64,000 nucleotides of DNA. Origin: Candidatus Saccharibacteria bacterium RIFCSPHIGHO2_12_FULL_41_12 (lineage in GTDB: Bacteria > Patescibacteriota > Saccharimonadia > Saccharimonadales > 2-12-FULL-41-12). Below the pieces are notes generated by a model that was not told the DNA's origin, did no database searches, and worked only from the letters and a program-made list of their open reading frames with translations. The first letter of the stretch is position 1; every line of letters begins with the position of its first letter. The translations under genes were made by a program, and so were the position numbers. Shown piece by piece: positions 46,758 to 55,813 of this stretch. The stretch covers positions 81,491-145,490 of the forward strand of contig MGCQ01000009.1 of assembly GCA_001790445.1 (NCBI GenBank), given 5' to 3'.

Positions 46758-48023
46758 ATGGTTAAGAAATCTACGGTTTTTATCGGTAAAGGGATGCGAG
46801 TTGCTTCAAGGTTAAAGGGCGGCGGCTCGGCGTTGCCGGGGCTAGCTGTTGAGAAAATAGACAGGGGTTTCTTGAAACGAGCACTAGGTAAATTGCCCTA
46901 CGGTGTAGTTGTGATCAGCGGGACAAATGGTAAGACCACTACGGCTAAGATAGTTGCAGAATTATTAGAAAGCCAGGGCTACAAAGTCTTCACTAACTCA
47001 ACTGGCAGTAACTTCAAAAGAGGGGTTATTTCTGCGTTGATCAGTGGGATGAATCTGTCTGGTAAGCTGGATGCTGACATTGCAGTGCTGGAACTTGACG
47101 AGGCCCACGCAGTGCATTTTGTAGAAGAGATAAAACCAAAATACTGTTTGCTTTTAAATGTCATGCGCGATCAACTAGATAGATTTGGCGAGATAGACAC
47201 AACGGCCGAAATGCTCCAGAAAATTGCCTCTGCTACGACGGATACGGTGGTGCTGAACCGCGAAGATGCTCGTATTCGTGCTATTTCTGACAAGCTGGTT
47301 GATCAAAAGGTAGAATTTTTCGGGATGGACGATAGATTACGATCGAGTTTTCCAAACGACGACGAACTATATGGTGCGAAAAAACGCGAAGTATCTCAAG
47401 TTGCTAGTGTTATTCTTAACGATTTCCAAAATAATAATGCAGAATTTTTGGTTGATGGTAAATCGTTTCAGACAAAACTCAGGATTAACGGCATCTATAA
47501 TATTTTTAACGTTGCTGCAGCTATTTGCTTGGTTAGGGTAATTTGTAGTAGTAAGCTCAATACAGGCACCCTAATTGAGTGCTTAGAGAATATACAGCCA
47601 GCCTTCGGACGTGGTGAGGTGATCAAGGTTGCAGGTCAGCCACTCGAGCTTATACTGGTTAAAAACCCAGTGGGGTTTCGGCTTGGTCTCAAATCTTTTC
47701 AAGCTAAAGATGCTGCGACAATGATCGCTATTAATGATAATTATGCCGATGGGCGAGACATGTCGTGGCTTTGGGATGTAGATTTTAGTTCTTTGGCGCC
47801 TAAAGTTGCTGTTGTCAGTGGAATTCGCGCTTATGACATGGCGTTGAGGCTACAATACGATGGCATAGAGGCAGAATTTGTTGAGTCAAGTCTGTCAAAA
47901 GCACTTAACAAGTTAATCACTGCAAATGCCAATAAGCCCAAGAGAATTTACTGCACATATACAGCAATGTTAGAGCTCCGCGGATATCTCAGAAAAATAA
48001 CCAAAATGGAGCGAGTTTTATGA
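46758..48023 (+). CDS. murT: Lipid II isoglutaminyl synthase, Mur-ligase-like subunit MurT
   Basis: Mur ligase P-loop VVISGTNGKTTTAKIV with C-terminal DUF1727-like region. Immediately followed, with a 4-nt overlap, by gatD. Confidence 0.8.
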   Translation: MVKKSTVFIGKGMRVASRLKGGGSALPGLAVEKIDRGFLKRALGKLPYGVVVISGTNGKTTTAKIVAELLESQGYKVFTNSTGSNFKRGVISALISGMNLSGKLDADIAVLELDEAHAVHFVEEIKPKYCLLLNVMRDQLDRFGEIDTTAEMLQKIASATTDTVVLNREDARIRAISDKLVDQKVEFFGMDDRLRSSFPNDDELYGAKKREVSQVASVILNDFQNNNAEFLVDGKSFQTKLRINGIYNIFNVAAAICLVRVICSSKLNTGTLIECLENIQPAFGRGEVIKVAGQPLELILVKNPVGFRLGLKSFQAKDAATMIAINDNYADGRDMSWLWDVDFSSLAPKVAVVSGIRAYDMALRLQYDGIEAEFVESSLSKALNKLITANANKPKRIYCTYTAMLELRGYLRKITKMERVL

Positions 48024-48742
48024 GCAAAGTAGCGGTGAGATTGTTGCAACTTTATCCCAGAGAAATGAATATCTATGGTGACTGGGGCAACGCTTTGACA
48101 CTTAAAAAACGCCTACAGTGGCGAGGATACGAAGTTGAGCTTTTAGAACACCGTCCTGGGCAGGCTTTTCCAAAGGATGTCGATTTAATAGTTGGCGGAG
48201 GCGGCCAAGATTCTGGTCAAGAAAAAATACGTGATGATTTATTGAAAATAGGCGATGAATTGCATAAACTTGCGGACAGTGGGATACCGATGTTGATGAT
48301 TTGTGGGATGTATCAGCTTTTTGGTAGATTTTTTGAAACGGTTGAAGGTGACAAAATTGAAGGAATCAGTATTTTTGGAGCCCAGACTGTCGCTGGACCA
48401 AAGCGATTAATCGGCAATATTGTGACCGAAAGCGCCCAATTCGGAGAGATTATTGGGTATGAAAATCACAGTGGGCTGACTATTCTCGATGATACTCAGC
48501 CGGCCCTGGCGCATGTAGTTAAAGGTGCAGGGAATAACGGCAAAGATCACTTAGAAGGAGCAATATATAAAAATGTTATAGGTAGTTATCTGCACGGCTC
48601 TTTGCTACCCAAAAACCCCAGACTTGCAGACTGGCTTATTGAAAAAGCAGTAGTCAATAAATTTGGTGAATTTGATCCCAAACCGATTAACGATGACCTC
48701 GCAATCCAAGCCCGCAAGACAGCGATATCACTCAAGAGATAA
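48020..48742 (+). CDS. gatD: Lipid II isoglutaminyl synthase glutaminase subunit GatD (CobB/CobQ-like GATase)
   Basis: MNIYGDWGN..., VGGGGQDSGQ, nucleophile MICGMYQLFG, and the conserved His region. Confidence 0.8.
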   Translation: MSKVAVRLLQLYPREMNIYGDWGNALTLKKRLQWRGYEVELLEHRPGQAFPKDVDLIVGGGGQDSGQEKIRDDLLKIGDELHKLADSGIPMLMICGMYQLFGRFFETVEGDKIEGISIFGAQTVAGPKRLIGNIVTESAQFGEIIGYENHSGLTILDDTQPALAHVVKGAGNNGKDHLEGAIYKNVIGSYLHGSLLPKNPRLADWLIEKAVVNKFGEFDPKPINDDLAIQARKTAISLKR

Positions 48743-48768
48743 AGATTATATCTAACAACTATTGCGCT

Positions 48769-48790
48769 AAAGCCTCAGTAGAGGCTTTTA
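48769..48790 (+). terminator. Rho-independent terminator after gatD
   Basis: agcctc-agta-gaggct followed by tttt. A second hairpin lies at 48795-48828. Confidence 0.5.
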
Positions 48791-48828
48791 TCACCTTACT
48801 TTTTCTCTGTGTGCCAAGAAAAAGTAAG

Positions 48829-49371
48829 CGTAAGACGTGCCACCCCGATGATCAAAAACTTCCCTAAGATTAAATAACTACAAACATACTATTCTTGACA
48901 TGGTCTCTTTTGGCTCAAAGACAGGCTAAGCCTGACTTTAGCCAAAAGCCACGATCTCGGGACTCCCTTTGGTCGGGCTAAAGCCATGTCCTCAGAATAA
49001 TCTGTCTGTAGCCATTTAATCTAAAGGTGTTTTGACCAAGGGGATACTAGGCTGTCTAAAGTTATAATTAATAATATTTCCGTAGGAAATATACTAAGGC
49101 TTTTTCTCAGGCCATGAACCAGACCTGAGAGACTACGTCAAGATCACAACTATTAGACGAGGACTGTTTGACCCTCCGTCGCCGAAGGCTATGGAGGGGA
49201 GTTCCGCAGTCTGTTGTGGTCCTTGACTGGTAGTCTCATCAAGTCTGTTCATTCGCCTGTCGTTTTTTGGGTTCCGTTTTTGTCGACACAAAAATGGAAC
49301 AAAGGTTAGGCTTGCTTGCAAGCCGACGCAATGCAGTTTGAGTGTTGTGTAGAAAATCTATTTATGGTTGG
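48829..49371. other. About 540 nt of non-coding sequence rich in local hairpins (a UUCG loop when read on the minus strand): candidate structured ncRNA(s), identity unresolved
   Basis: No ORF of 60 aa or more except a weak 62-aa antisense ORF. Hairpins include ggctcaaagacaggc-taa-gcctgactttagcc; gggactccc; ccctcc...gccgaaggc...ggaggg (gccUUCGggc on the minus strand); and atttccgtaggaaat. No tmRNA T-arm/CCA end and no clear RNase P P4 consensus were found by eye. Confidence 0.25.
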
Positions 49372-50274
49372 TTAAAGTTTAGTGATCCAGCTCAAGTATT
49401 TTGATTTTGGATCTGTAAATATCTTGGAAAATTCTTCAGATAATTTTTGAGTTATGGGATTATTCTCAGGTAAATTATAGCCTTCAACTTTTTTTATTGG
49501 AGTAACTTGGGCAGCCGTGCCACTCAGGAAAGCTTCGTCTGCTATTAGTAACTCTGATTTATCAACTGGTCGTTCAATAATCTCGTAATTGAAATCTCTG
49601 GCCATCTTGATAACACTATCTCTAGTGATGCCTTCTAGGATGTCTTGATTTACGGATGGAGTTATTAATTTATTCCCCCTGACAATAAATAGGTTCATAG
49701 CACTGGCTTCGGCAATTTTGCCAGCAGAATTAAGCAAAATCGCTTCATCAAAACCACGCTCATGTGCTTCGGTTTTCGATAGAGCACTAGTTACATATGT
49801 TCCGGCAATTTTGCCACGTAGGGGTAAACTGCGATCTTCACCGCGGACCCAAGAACTAAAACAAACTTTTATCCCGCCTTTGTCCAGATAGTCGCCCATT
49901 GGCAGACCATAAATCAAAAAGTCATATTTAACGTTGTGTAACCTCGGAGCGATGCCAAGATCCGAAACATAGACGAGTGGACGGATGTAATAATTATCTT
50001 TGCACGGATTTGCTTTTACAAATTCTAATATTTTCTTTTTGATAAAATCTGCCTTGATACTATAACCAAGCAACTTGGCGCTACTGCTCAATCTCTTGCA
50101 GTGGTCGTCAAGCCTAAATAGCAACACTTGTTTGGTCTTAGGGTCCACAGTTGCCCTCATGCCGCCAAAAGCCGCAGTGCCGTAGTGTAGAGCATGTGTG
50201 GCTATCGAAATGTTGGCGTCTTTAAAATCAACAATCTTGCCTTCAAAATACGCTTTTGGTAAAAACTCACTCAT
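49372..50274 (-). CDS. ilvE: Branched-chain amino acid aminotransferase (class IV)
   Basis: YFEGKIVDFKDANISIATHALHYGTAAFGG...GTAAQVTPI matches IlvE family motifs. Confidence 0.85.
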   Translation of the reverse strand: MSEFLPKAYFEGKIVDFKDANISIATHALHYGTAAFGGMRATVDPKTKQVLLFRLDDHCKRLSSSAKLLGYSIKADFIKKKILEFVKANPCKDNYYIRPLVYVSDLGIAPRLHNVKYDFLIYGLPMGDYLDKGGIKVCFSSWVRGEDRSLPLRGKIAGTYVTSALSKTEAHERGFDEAILLNSAGKIAEASAMNLFIVRGNKLITPSVNQDILEGITRDSVIKMARDFNYEIIERPVDKSELLIADEAFLSGTAAQVTPIKKVEGYNLPENNPITQKLSEEFSKIFTDPKSKYLSWITKL

Positions 50275-50294
50275 ATCTGTTAATTATGAAGTAT

Positions 50295-50771
50295 TTACAC
50301 CAAGTTATCAAGTTGCTCACCGGCAAAGGGTCCCTCGGGATTATCAAAGGGGATGCGTAGATAAGAAACACTTTCGGGGTCAAGCCTTCTGCCGTTTGCG
50401 TCAAAATACATTATGTCAGCTGGACATTCGAATGAATCTACTCCTTTTTTTGGGGCAAATATCTCTGTTATCCCACATCCCAAATTTCGGCCAAAAACAG
50501 TATTTCCGTCTTCTTGAGTTACAGCTTCTGCCTCAAAACGAGGGTAGTATATCCCATCTGCGATAGTTCCTTCGCCTTTACAAAGCACCGATATCTCTTG
50601 AAATTGAGCAGTCTTTCCGTCAAATTCGCGGATAGTTCGAGAACTAGATATTGTACCTGTGAACTGACCATCTGGTGTTACAAAGGGCTGTTCAACAGCA
50701 AGTATAACTGGTTCAAGCTCAAGATGAGCAATAGTGCTTTTGGGTTTTTCAGGACTTATTCGCATATACAT
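50295..50771 (-). CDS. Hypothetical protein (158 aa), co-oriented upstream of ilvE
   Basis: ORF with good spacing. No known motif. Confidence 0.4.
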   Translation of the reverse strand: MYMRISPEKPKSTIAHLELEPVILAVEQPFVTPDGQFTGTISSSRTIREFDGKTAQFQEISVLCKGEGTIADGIYYPRFEAEAVTQEDGNTVFGRNLGCGITEIFAPKKGVDSFECPADIMYFDANGRRLDPESVSYLRIPFDNPEGPFAGEQLDNLV

Positions 50772-50847
50772 AACATTTCTTTAGAAAGTTGTAATTATAC
50801 ACACAAAATTCAAAATTTGCAATACCTAACTCACCAGAGCAAGGGAC

Positions 50848-51102
50848 TCAGGCAGGCAAATTTCTTGAGGGCTCAGATGGTGGTCTTGTAAATATAACTT
50901 GTTCAGCGGGCACTTCTACAGGCCCAACTTGAGAATCAAACATTGTGAATACAGGATGTTCGCACATGTTTCCGTTCTCGTCTGTTTCAATCACATGGTG
51001 ACATGTATACGGACCTATCCTGAAGCTATCTATTACTTCGTGGGTCACGCTAGCCGACGTGGGCGCTTTTTTTCCCTCTTTTTCTATTGTTGGTGATGGC
51101 AT
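50848..51102 (-). CDS. Small hypothetical protein (84 aa) with CHH-x10-CxH cluster
   Basis: Strong GGAGG RBS 5 nt upstream. The residues TCHHVIETDENGNMCEHP are possible metal ligands. Confidence 0.4.
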   Translation of the reverse strand: MPSPTIEKEGKKAPTSASVTHEVIDSFRIGPYTCHHVIETDENGNMCEHPVFTMFDSQVGPVEVPAEQVIFTRPPSEPSRNLPA

Positions 51103-51111
51103 TTTTCCTCC

Positions 51112-51282
51112 TAAAATTAAAAAACCCGTCTGGTTTGAGACGGGATTTGCTTTGATATTTTGACTATTTTTGCAACTACACGCTCAAACCATCGGTCAAA
51201 CGACCGAGCAGAATGAGGTTGGCAGTTGTTGCAAAAGTTTTCACATCAACTACTTTACAGCAAACCTGTAACCATTGTCAAA
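51112..51282 (-). promoter_or_regulatory. Promoter plus roughly 135-nt leader ending in an intrinsic terminator directly upstream of the orf84 RBS; attenuator or riboswitch-like
   Basis: Minus strand: -35 TTGACA (plus 51277-51282), 18-nt spacer, -10 TAAAGT (plus 51253-51258). Leader hairpins ttgcaac.../...gttgcaa and tcggtc-gttt-gaccga. Terminator cccgtct-caaacc-agacggg plus UUUUUUAAUUUU (plus 51112-51144). Upstream ggtttgag can pair with ctcaaacc in the terminator, forming an alternative antiterminator. Confidence 0.4.
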
Positions 51283-51333
51283 TATAAGTCGAGTTTAGTA
51301 GATTAACCATAAGTGTTAAAATATTAGCTAGTT

Positions 51334-51708
51334 ATGGCAACAATCTTATTCTTAAAATGGTGGTACAGTTCTGGTTGGTCTTGGCTTTTTGGTGAGTATA
51401 GGCAAAAACTAACCTCGATTTCTCGTAATTTTTCAGTTTCGATTCTGCTTAAGACTCTTTTTGCCCCTTGGAAGCAACTGACAACTCAGGCGACGTTTCG
51501 CAATTTTTTCCAGGCCATGGTAGACAACACAATTTCTAGATTAATCGGTTTTATCATCAGATTTTTTGTATTGATTGGTGCCCTGATTGCTGTAACTTTA
51601 CTGAGTGTATTCTTTTTATTTTTTGTGGCTATTTGGGTGTTTATCCCACCTGCGATTGTTGTTTTGCCTCTGTTAATGCTAGTTGTTGGAGGCGCGGGTG
51701 CAAGGTAA
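51334..51708 (+). CDS. Small integral membrane protein (124 aa)
   Basis: W-rich N-terminus and two long hydrophobic segments. Overlaps the following AAA+ gene by 26 nt. Confidence 0.4.
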   Translation: MATILFLKWWYSSGWSWLFGEYRQKLTSISRNFSVSILLKTLFAPWKQLTTQATFRNFFQAMVDNTISRLIGFIIRFFVLIGALIAVTLLSVFFLFFVAIWVFIPPAIVVLPLLMLVVGGAGAR

Positions 51709-54097
51709 CTATATCAATCTGAACTCAGATCGCGCGCGTAAGGCTCGACTTTATCGAGGGTTAAACCATAAATATTTACGGTTATTTCTAAACCTCTCAA
51801 TTATTTCATTTATAACACTAGGCTTAATTTTGATATACATAATGCCAAAATTGTCAGGAGTATTTTTGGGGATTGGTATGTTGTCTTTGTCTGTACGCAT
51901 TTGGACGAAGGGGGAACTAGCCAAGCTAAACGAAGCAATAAATCTTCAGACGCAAAAAGTTGACGATGTACTTGATCAATATATCTTGGCCAATATGAGT
52001 AGTGGCTCGCAGTCTGCCTATTTGATTTGGAAGGCGATAGAGAAACTACCCGCGCGGTATTTTTTTCAAAATAGGTTTATTTTGCCCCCCGCTATGTTTG
52101 AGAATTTGCTTTCAAAAGATCCTGCTAGCGAGGGAGTTGTTTGGCGTAACGCAGAGGCACTGCGTAGCAAGTTTTCTCTCCAGTATTACTCACAAGAAGT
52201 AGTTATGGCTGCATTGATTTTTTCGCTGCCCGACCATGAGAGTTTGCTTAATAGTTCTAAGTTATCGCGTGCGGATATAGAAAACGGTGTACTGTGGATG
52301 GACAATTTGAACCAACAGCAAAAACTAGCCAGCCAAAAAAAGAACTTTGGCGGAATTGCTCGCGACTGGACTTTTGGCTACACTCCGGCCCTACAAAACT
52401 TTGGCTATAGCATCTCGCGCGAGATTGAAATGTACGGCTTTTTCCAGGATACTTCACTGCATCATATGGTTGTTGGTAATATGATCCAATCAATCGGTAA
52501 CAGTTCTGGTTCGTTGGCTTTAGTGGGTGAAAGTGGCTCAGGCAAGACAACAACCGTCTATGCTTTTGCTGAACAAATTCTTGAATCATCCGCACCAAAA
52601 AACTTGCGGTATAAACAAATCGTAATGCTTGATGCAACTACCATGGTGTCGCGAGCTTCTCGTCCCGGGCAACTGGAACAACTAGTAGTAACTTTAGTCA
52701 ATGAAGCGCGTCGCGCCAAGAATATTATTTTGTTTTTTGACAATGCGGAAGTGTTTTTCAGTGAGGGGGTTGGTGCAGTTGATATATCAAATGTACTGAC
52801 GCAGGCACTTGATAGCGGTGCTGTCAGGATGATATTCGCGATTACCCCAAAGGAGTGGCAAACGCTCAAGTTGCATAACAGTTTGTTGGCTTCAAAAATT
52901 CAATCTGTTAATTTGCCAGATGCAAGTGAGGCAGATACAATCAGGATTTTACAAAATCAGACTCCGTTTATTGAGTACAAACACAAAGCTGTGTTTACCT
53001 ATCAAGCGCTCCGAGAAGCTTACAAACTTGGTAAGAGGTACGAAGATAGTTTGGCCATGCCAGGCGCAGCAATAAAAATTCTTGAAGGCGCTCCTGCGTA
53101 TGCAGAAAACGGATATGTCACAGATGAAGTTATCAAACTAAGTCTTGAGCGGTCCAGAGGCGTCAAGCTACAGACCGCAGAGGCGGGAGAAGCCAAAAAC
53201 TTGCTTAACCTCGAAGATAATTTGAGCAGATACGTGATTAGCCAAAAACGAGCTATCAGAGTTGTTTCGGATGCCCTTAGACGCTCCAGAAGCGGTGTTG
53301 GGTCCACTGAACGCCCAGTTGGGACTTTTCTATTTCTCGGGCCGACAGGAGTGGGCAAAACAGAGCTTACTAAAGCCTTGGCAAGGGTATATTTTGGGGA
53401 TGAATCATCCATTGTCCGTGTGGATATGAACCAGTTTGTTGAACCAGCGGATGTGAATCGATTGATAAGCGTCGAAAACCAAGGTGATCAACTGAGCTTT
53501 TTGGGACAAATCAAAAAACAACCATTTAGTGTGGTGCTTTTGGACGAAATCGAAAAAGCGCACTCGAGCGTACTTGGATTGTTGCTTCAAATGTTAGATG
53601 AGGGCGTCATGAAAGATTCTAATAATAAGGCAGTTTCTTTTAAAGATGCGATTATTATTGCCACATCCAACGCCGGTGCAAATGATATTCGAGCAATGGT
53701 GACAAGTGGTGAAATCAATCGTCCTGAAGCAGAAGAAAAAATAGTCGAGAAATTAATAAACGACAGAATATTCACACCAGAATTTGTCAATCGTTACGAT
53801 GAAGTCGTGCTGTTTGAACCGTTAACACCAGATGATTTGGTCCAGGTCGTGGGAATTATTATTGGCTCAATCAATAAAACTCTTGAGCCGAAGAAAATAC
53901 AAGTTAGTGTTGACGATATTGCCAAAAATTGGCTAATCGACAAAGGTTATGACCCGATGCTTGGCGCAAGACCAATGAGGCGAATGGCCCAGCGATATAT
54001 TGAGAATATCGTAGCCAAGCGAGTGTTGATGGGGAGTGTGGCATCAGGTGGGACTGTGAATCTAACTGTTGCAGATTTTGAAAGCCAAGACCAGTGA
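51683..54097 (+). CDS. Clp/Hsp100-family double-AAA+ ATPase with N-terminal transmembrane region replacing the Clp N-domain
   Basis: D1 Walker A GESGSGKTT; D1 Walker B-like IILFFDNAE (D-N rather than D-E); D2 Walker A GPTGVGKTE; Walker B VVLLDEIEKAH; sensor-2 GARPMRR. The N-terminal roughly 80 aa contain two TM helices. Confidence 0.8.
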   Translation: MLEARVQGNYINLNSDRARKARLYRGLNHKYLRLFLNLSIISFITLGLILIYIMPKLSGVFLGIGMLSLSVRIWTKGELAKLNEAINLQTQKVDDVLDQYILANMSSGSQSAYLIWKAIEKLPARYFFQNRFILPPAMFENLLSKDPASEGVVWRNAEALRSKFSLQYYSQEVVMAALIFSLPDHESLLNSSKLSRADIENGVLWMDNLNQQQKLASQKKNFGGIARDWTFGYTPALQNFGYSISREIEMYGFFQDTSLHHMVVGNMIQSIGNSSGSLALVGESGSGKTTTVYAFAEQILESSAPKNLRYKQIVMLDATTMVSRASRPGQLEQLVVTLVNEARRAKNIILFFDNAEVFFSEGVGAVDISNVLTQALDSGAVRMIFAITPKEWQTLKLHNSLLASKIQSVNLPDASEADTIRILQNQTPFIEYKHKAVFTYQALREAYKLGKRYEDSLAMPGAAIKILEGAPAYAENGYVTDEVIKLSLERSRGVKLQTAEAGEAKNLLNLEDNLSRYVISQKRAIRVVSDALRRSRSGVGSTERPVGTFLFLGPTGVGKTELTKALARVYFGDESSIVRVDMNQFVEPADVNRLISVENQGDQLSFLGQIKKQPFSVVLLDEIEKAHSSVLGLLLQMLDEGVMKDSNNKAVSFKDAIIIATSNAGANDIRAMVTSGEINRPEAEEKIVEKLINDRIFTPEFVNRYDEVVLFEPLTPDDLVQVVGIIIGSINKTLEPKKIQVSVDDIAKNWLIDKGYDPMLGARPMRRMAQRYIENIVAKRVLMGSVASGGTVNLTVADFESQDQ

Positions 54098-54744
54098 TAA
54101 GCCAATTAGATCTCTACTCAATGTCTATAGCTGTTGCAGTTTTAGCAGTAATTGTTATTGCGGGAGAGGTATTTTGGCACAAAAAGATATTGTCCAGCGA
54201 ACTGTCCAGAAAATTTATCCATATTATTGGTGGACTTTGGATAGCCAGCTGGCCATTTTTGATAAACTTTGAAGAAATTCGATTATTGTCTCTGATAACA
54301 CTTGTAGCTGCTTGCGTGTCACATTATCACAAGATATTTTTATCAATTCACAGCGTTAAAAGAAAGACATATGGAGCATCGCTTTTTCCGCTAGGCATAC
54401 TGTTAACTTCTTTTATAACAGATGATCCATGGATATTCTTCGTGGCTGTGGCGCATCTTGCTTTGGCAGATGGTCTAGCGGCAGTTGTTGGTAAAAAGTG
54501 GGGCAAAAAAGTGGCTTATCACATAGGACACGAGGCTAAAACGGTACTTGGTTCAGTAACCTTTTTACTCAGCTCTTTAGCCATAACAACTTTCTATACT
54601 ATATTATCTGGCCGATATGAAGACTACATGGCTTTGTTGATAACAATGCCTTTGATCCTGAGTGTAATTGAAAATATAACTATAAAGGGTCTGGATAATC
54701 TATTAGTGCCGATCGCGGTAGTTCTGTTAGTGACATATACATAG
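54094..54744 (+). CDS. Polytopic membrane protein, CTP-dependent polyprenol/dolichol kinase-like (CdsA/DolK superfamily); weak call
   Basis: Six or more TM helices. Motif LADGLAAVVGKKWGK resembles the DolK/phytol kinase C-terminal motif. Confidence 0.35.
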   Translation: MISQLDLYSMSIAVAVLAVIVIAGEVFWHKKILSSELSRKFIHIIGGLWIASWPFLINFEEIRLLSLITLVAACVSHYHKIFLSIHSVKRKTYGASLFPLGILLTSFITDDPWIFFVAVAHLALADGLAAVVGKKWGKKVAYHIGHEAKTVLGSVTFLLSSLAITTFYTILSGRYEDYMALLITMPLILSVIENITIKGLDNLLVPIAVVLLVTYT

Positions 54745-54882
54745 TCATAAAATTGTAGATAAATGTATTAAGTGCTATAATTATATTCATCATATTGCTG
54801 ATTTTTTTGAGGAGAAAATATTTTAAACAGAGAACCACAAAAGCCTAAATTTCCTGTTCGAGTATCTCGTAAAGTAAGAAAT

Positions 54883-55521
54883 GTGGCAACTAAATATTTT
54901 GAGGCTGTGGGACATGTGCAAGATAGCACTAGTCCTAATGTTGAGTTAAATAAGCATCTTGGATTTCTAACTTTGGGTAGATTGGAAGGCTTTTGTATCC
55001 CAGAGCAGGCAACGTGGCTACAGCGATATTTACAGGACCCAAAACACTCTGAAATAAAAGAAATAGCAGAGATAGGTTTTAATAGTGGGCATTCAGCTAA
55101 CGCGTTTTTATCAGCTAGAAAAGACATAAAAGTTACGTCTTTTGAAAAATCCAAAAGAAGACATGTCAACAAGGGCAAAAGCTATATCGATGAAGCCTAT
55201 CCTGGTAGGCATGAATTGATAACAGGTGAATCGCTAATAACTTTGCCAGTAGCAGTACATCGGGACAATTTATCGTTTGACATGTTATTTATTGATGGGA
55301 GTCATAGATTTGCGAACGCATATGGCGATCTAATGAACGGAAAACAAATTGTAAGAAAAGGAGGAATAGCCATTATGGATGATATTCTGCCACACAAACT
55401 CTGGGGCAGAGGACCAGCAAAAGCCTGGGAAACAGTCATTGAAAGTGGATTGATTCAAGAACTGGAAGTAGTAACTGCAGGTCCCAGAACCTGGGCCGTC
55501 GGACAATATATTAATAAATAA
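54883..55521 (+). CDS. Class I SAM-dependent methyltransferase (O-methyltransferase family 3 / Methyltransf_24-like)
   Basis: EIGFNSGHSA...SFE...FDMLFIDGSH...GGIAIMDD matches the SAM-MTase fold motifs. Confidence 0.5.
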   Translation: MATKYFEAVGHVQDSTSPNVELNKHLGFLTLGRLEGFCIPEQATWLQRYLQDPKHSEIKEIAEIGFNSGHSANAFLSARKDIKVTSFEKSKRRHVNKGKSYIDEAYPGRHELITGESLITLPVAVHRDNLSFDMLFIDGSHRFANAYGDLMNGKQIVRKGGIAIMDDILPHKLWGRGPAKAWETVIESGLIQELEVVTAGPRTWAVGQYINK

Positions 55522-55524
55522 TTT

Positions 55525-55602
55525 TGGGGCGAGTGATGGGTTTCGAACCCACGGCCTCCGGAACCACAACCCGGCGCTCTAACCAGCTGAGCTACACCCG
55601 CC
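55525..55602 (-). tRNA. tRNA-His (anticodon GTG) with genomically encoded G-1 and CCA
   Basis: Reverse complement: g-gcgggtg...anticodon stem ccggg/tccgg, loop ttgtggt...cactcgc-c-cca. G-1:C73 is the hallmark of tRNA-His. Confidence 0.85.
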
Positions 55603-55813
55603 AAAATGGCCTGTCATTCGAAGCACCAACAGTACTTCTAACAGCGTATTTGCCCTTCGTCGCTAAAGCTATGAAGGGCATTCTCCGCTTATTGCGAAGA
55701 ATGGTGGAGCCAAAGAATAAATTCCTGGCCCCGATCAATAATCAATTGATTGATAACTGATCGCAACCAGAACTAATTCAAAATGGCTAACCATTCGTAG
55801 CTTTAGCGAAGAA

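Noticed and set aside
49133-49321. 62-aa minus-strand ORF inside the large non-coding region
   Set aside because: No RBS; embedded in hairpin-rich sequence; more likely part of a structured RNA or decayed DNA.
48743-49371. tmRNA (ssrA) or RNase P RNA identity for the large non-coding region
   Set aside because: By eye there is no GGGG...UCGACG 5' end, no T-arm GGUUCGANUCC plus CCA, no tag-peptide ORF ending ...AA-stop, and no convincing P4 pair (AGGAAAGUCCGG / CCGGCUUA). Kept only as an unresolved candidate ncRNA finding.
54768-55178. 136-aa minus-strand ORF
   Set aside because: Overlaps the well-supported plus-strand methyltransferase gene and upstream intergenic region; Cys-rich shadow frame.
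55524-55760. 78-aa plus-strand ORF
   Set aside because: Antisense to tRNA-His(GTG); its sequence is the tRNA complement.
55603-55813. Possible integrative-element att duplication between tRNA-His and tRNA-Arg
   Set aside because: The repeated segment (gcgaagaatgg) is only 11 nt and duplicates sequence next to, not within, the tRNA. No integrase gene nearby. Recorded only as part of the tRNA-island observation.
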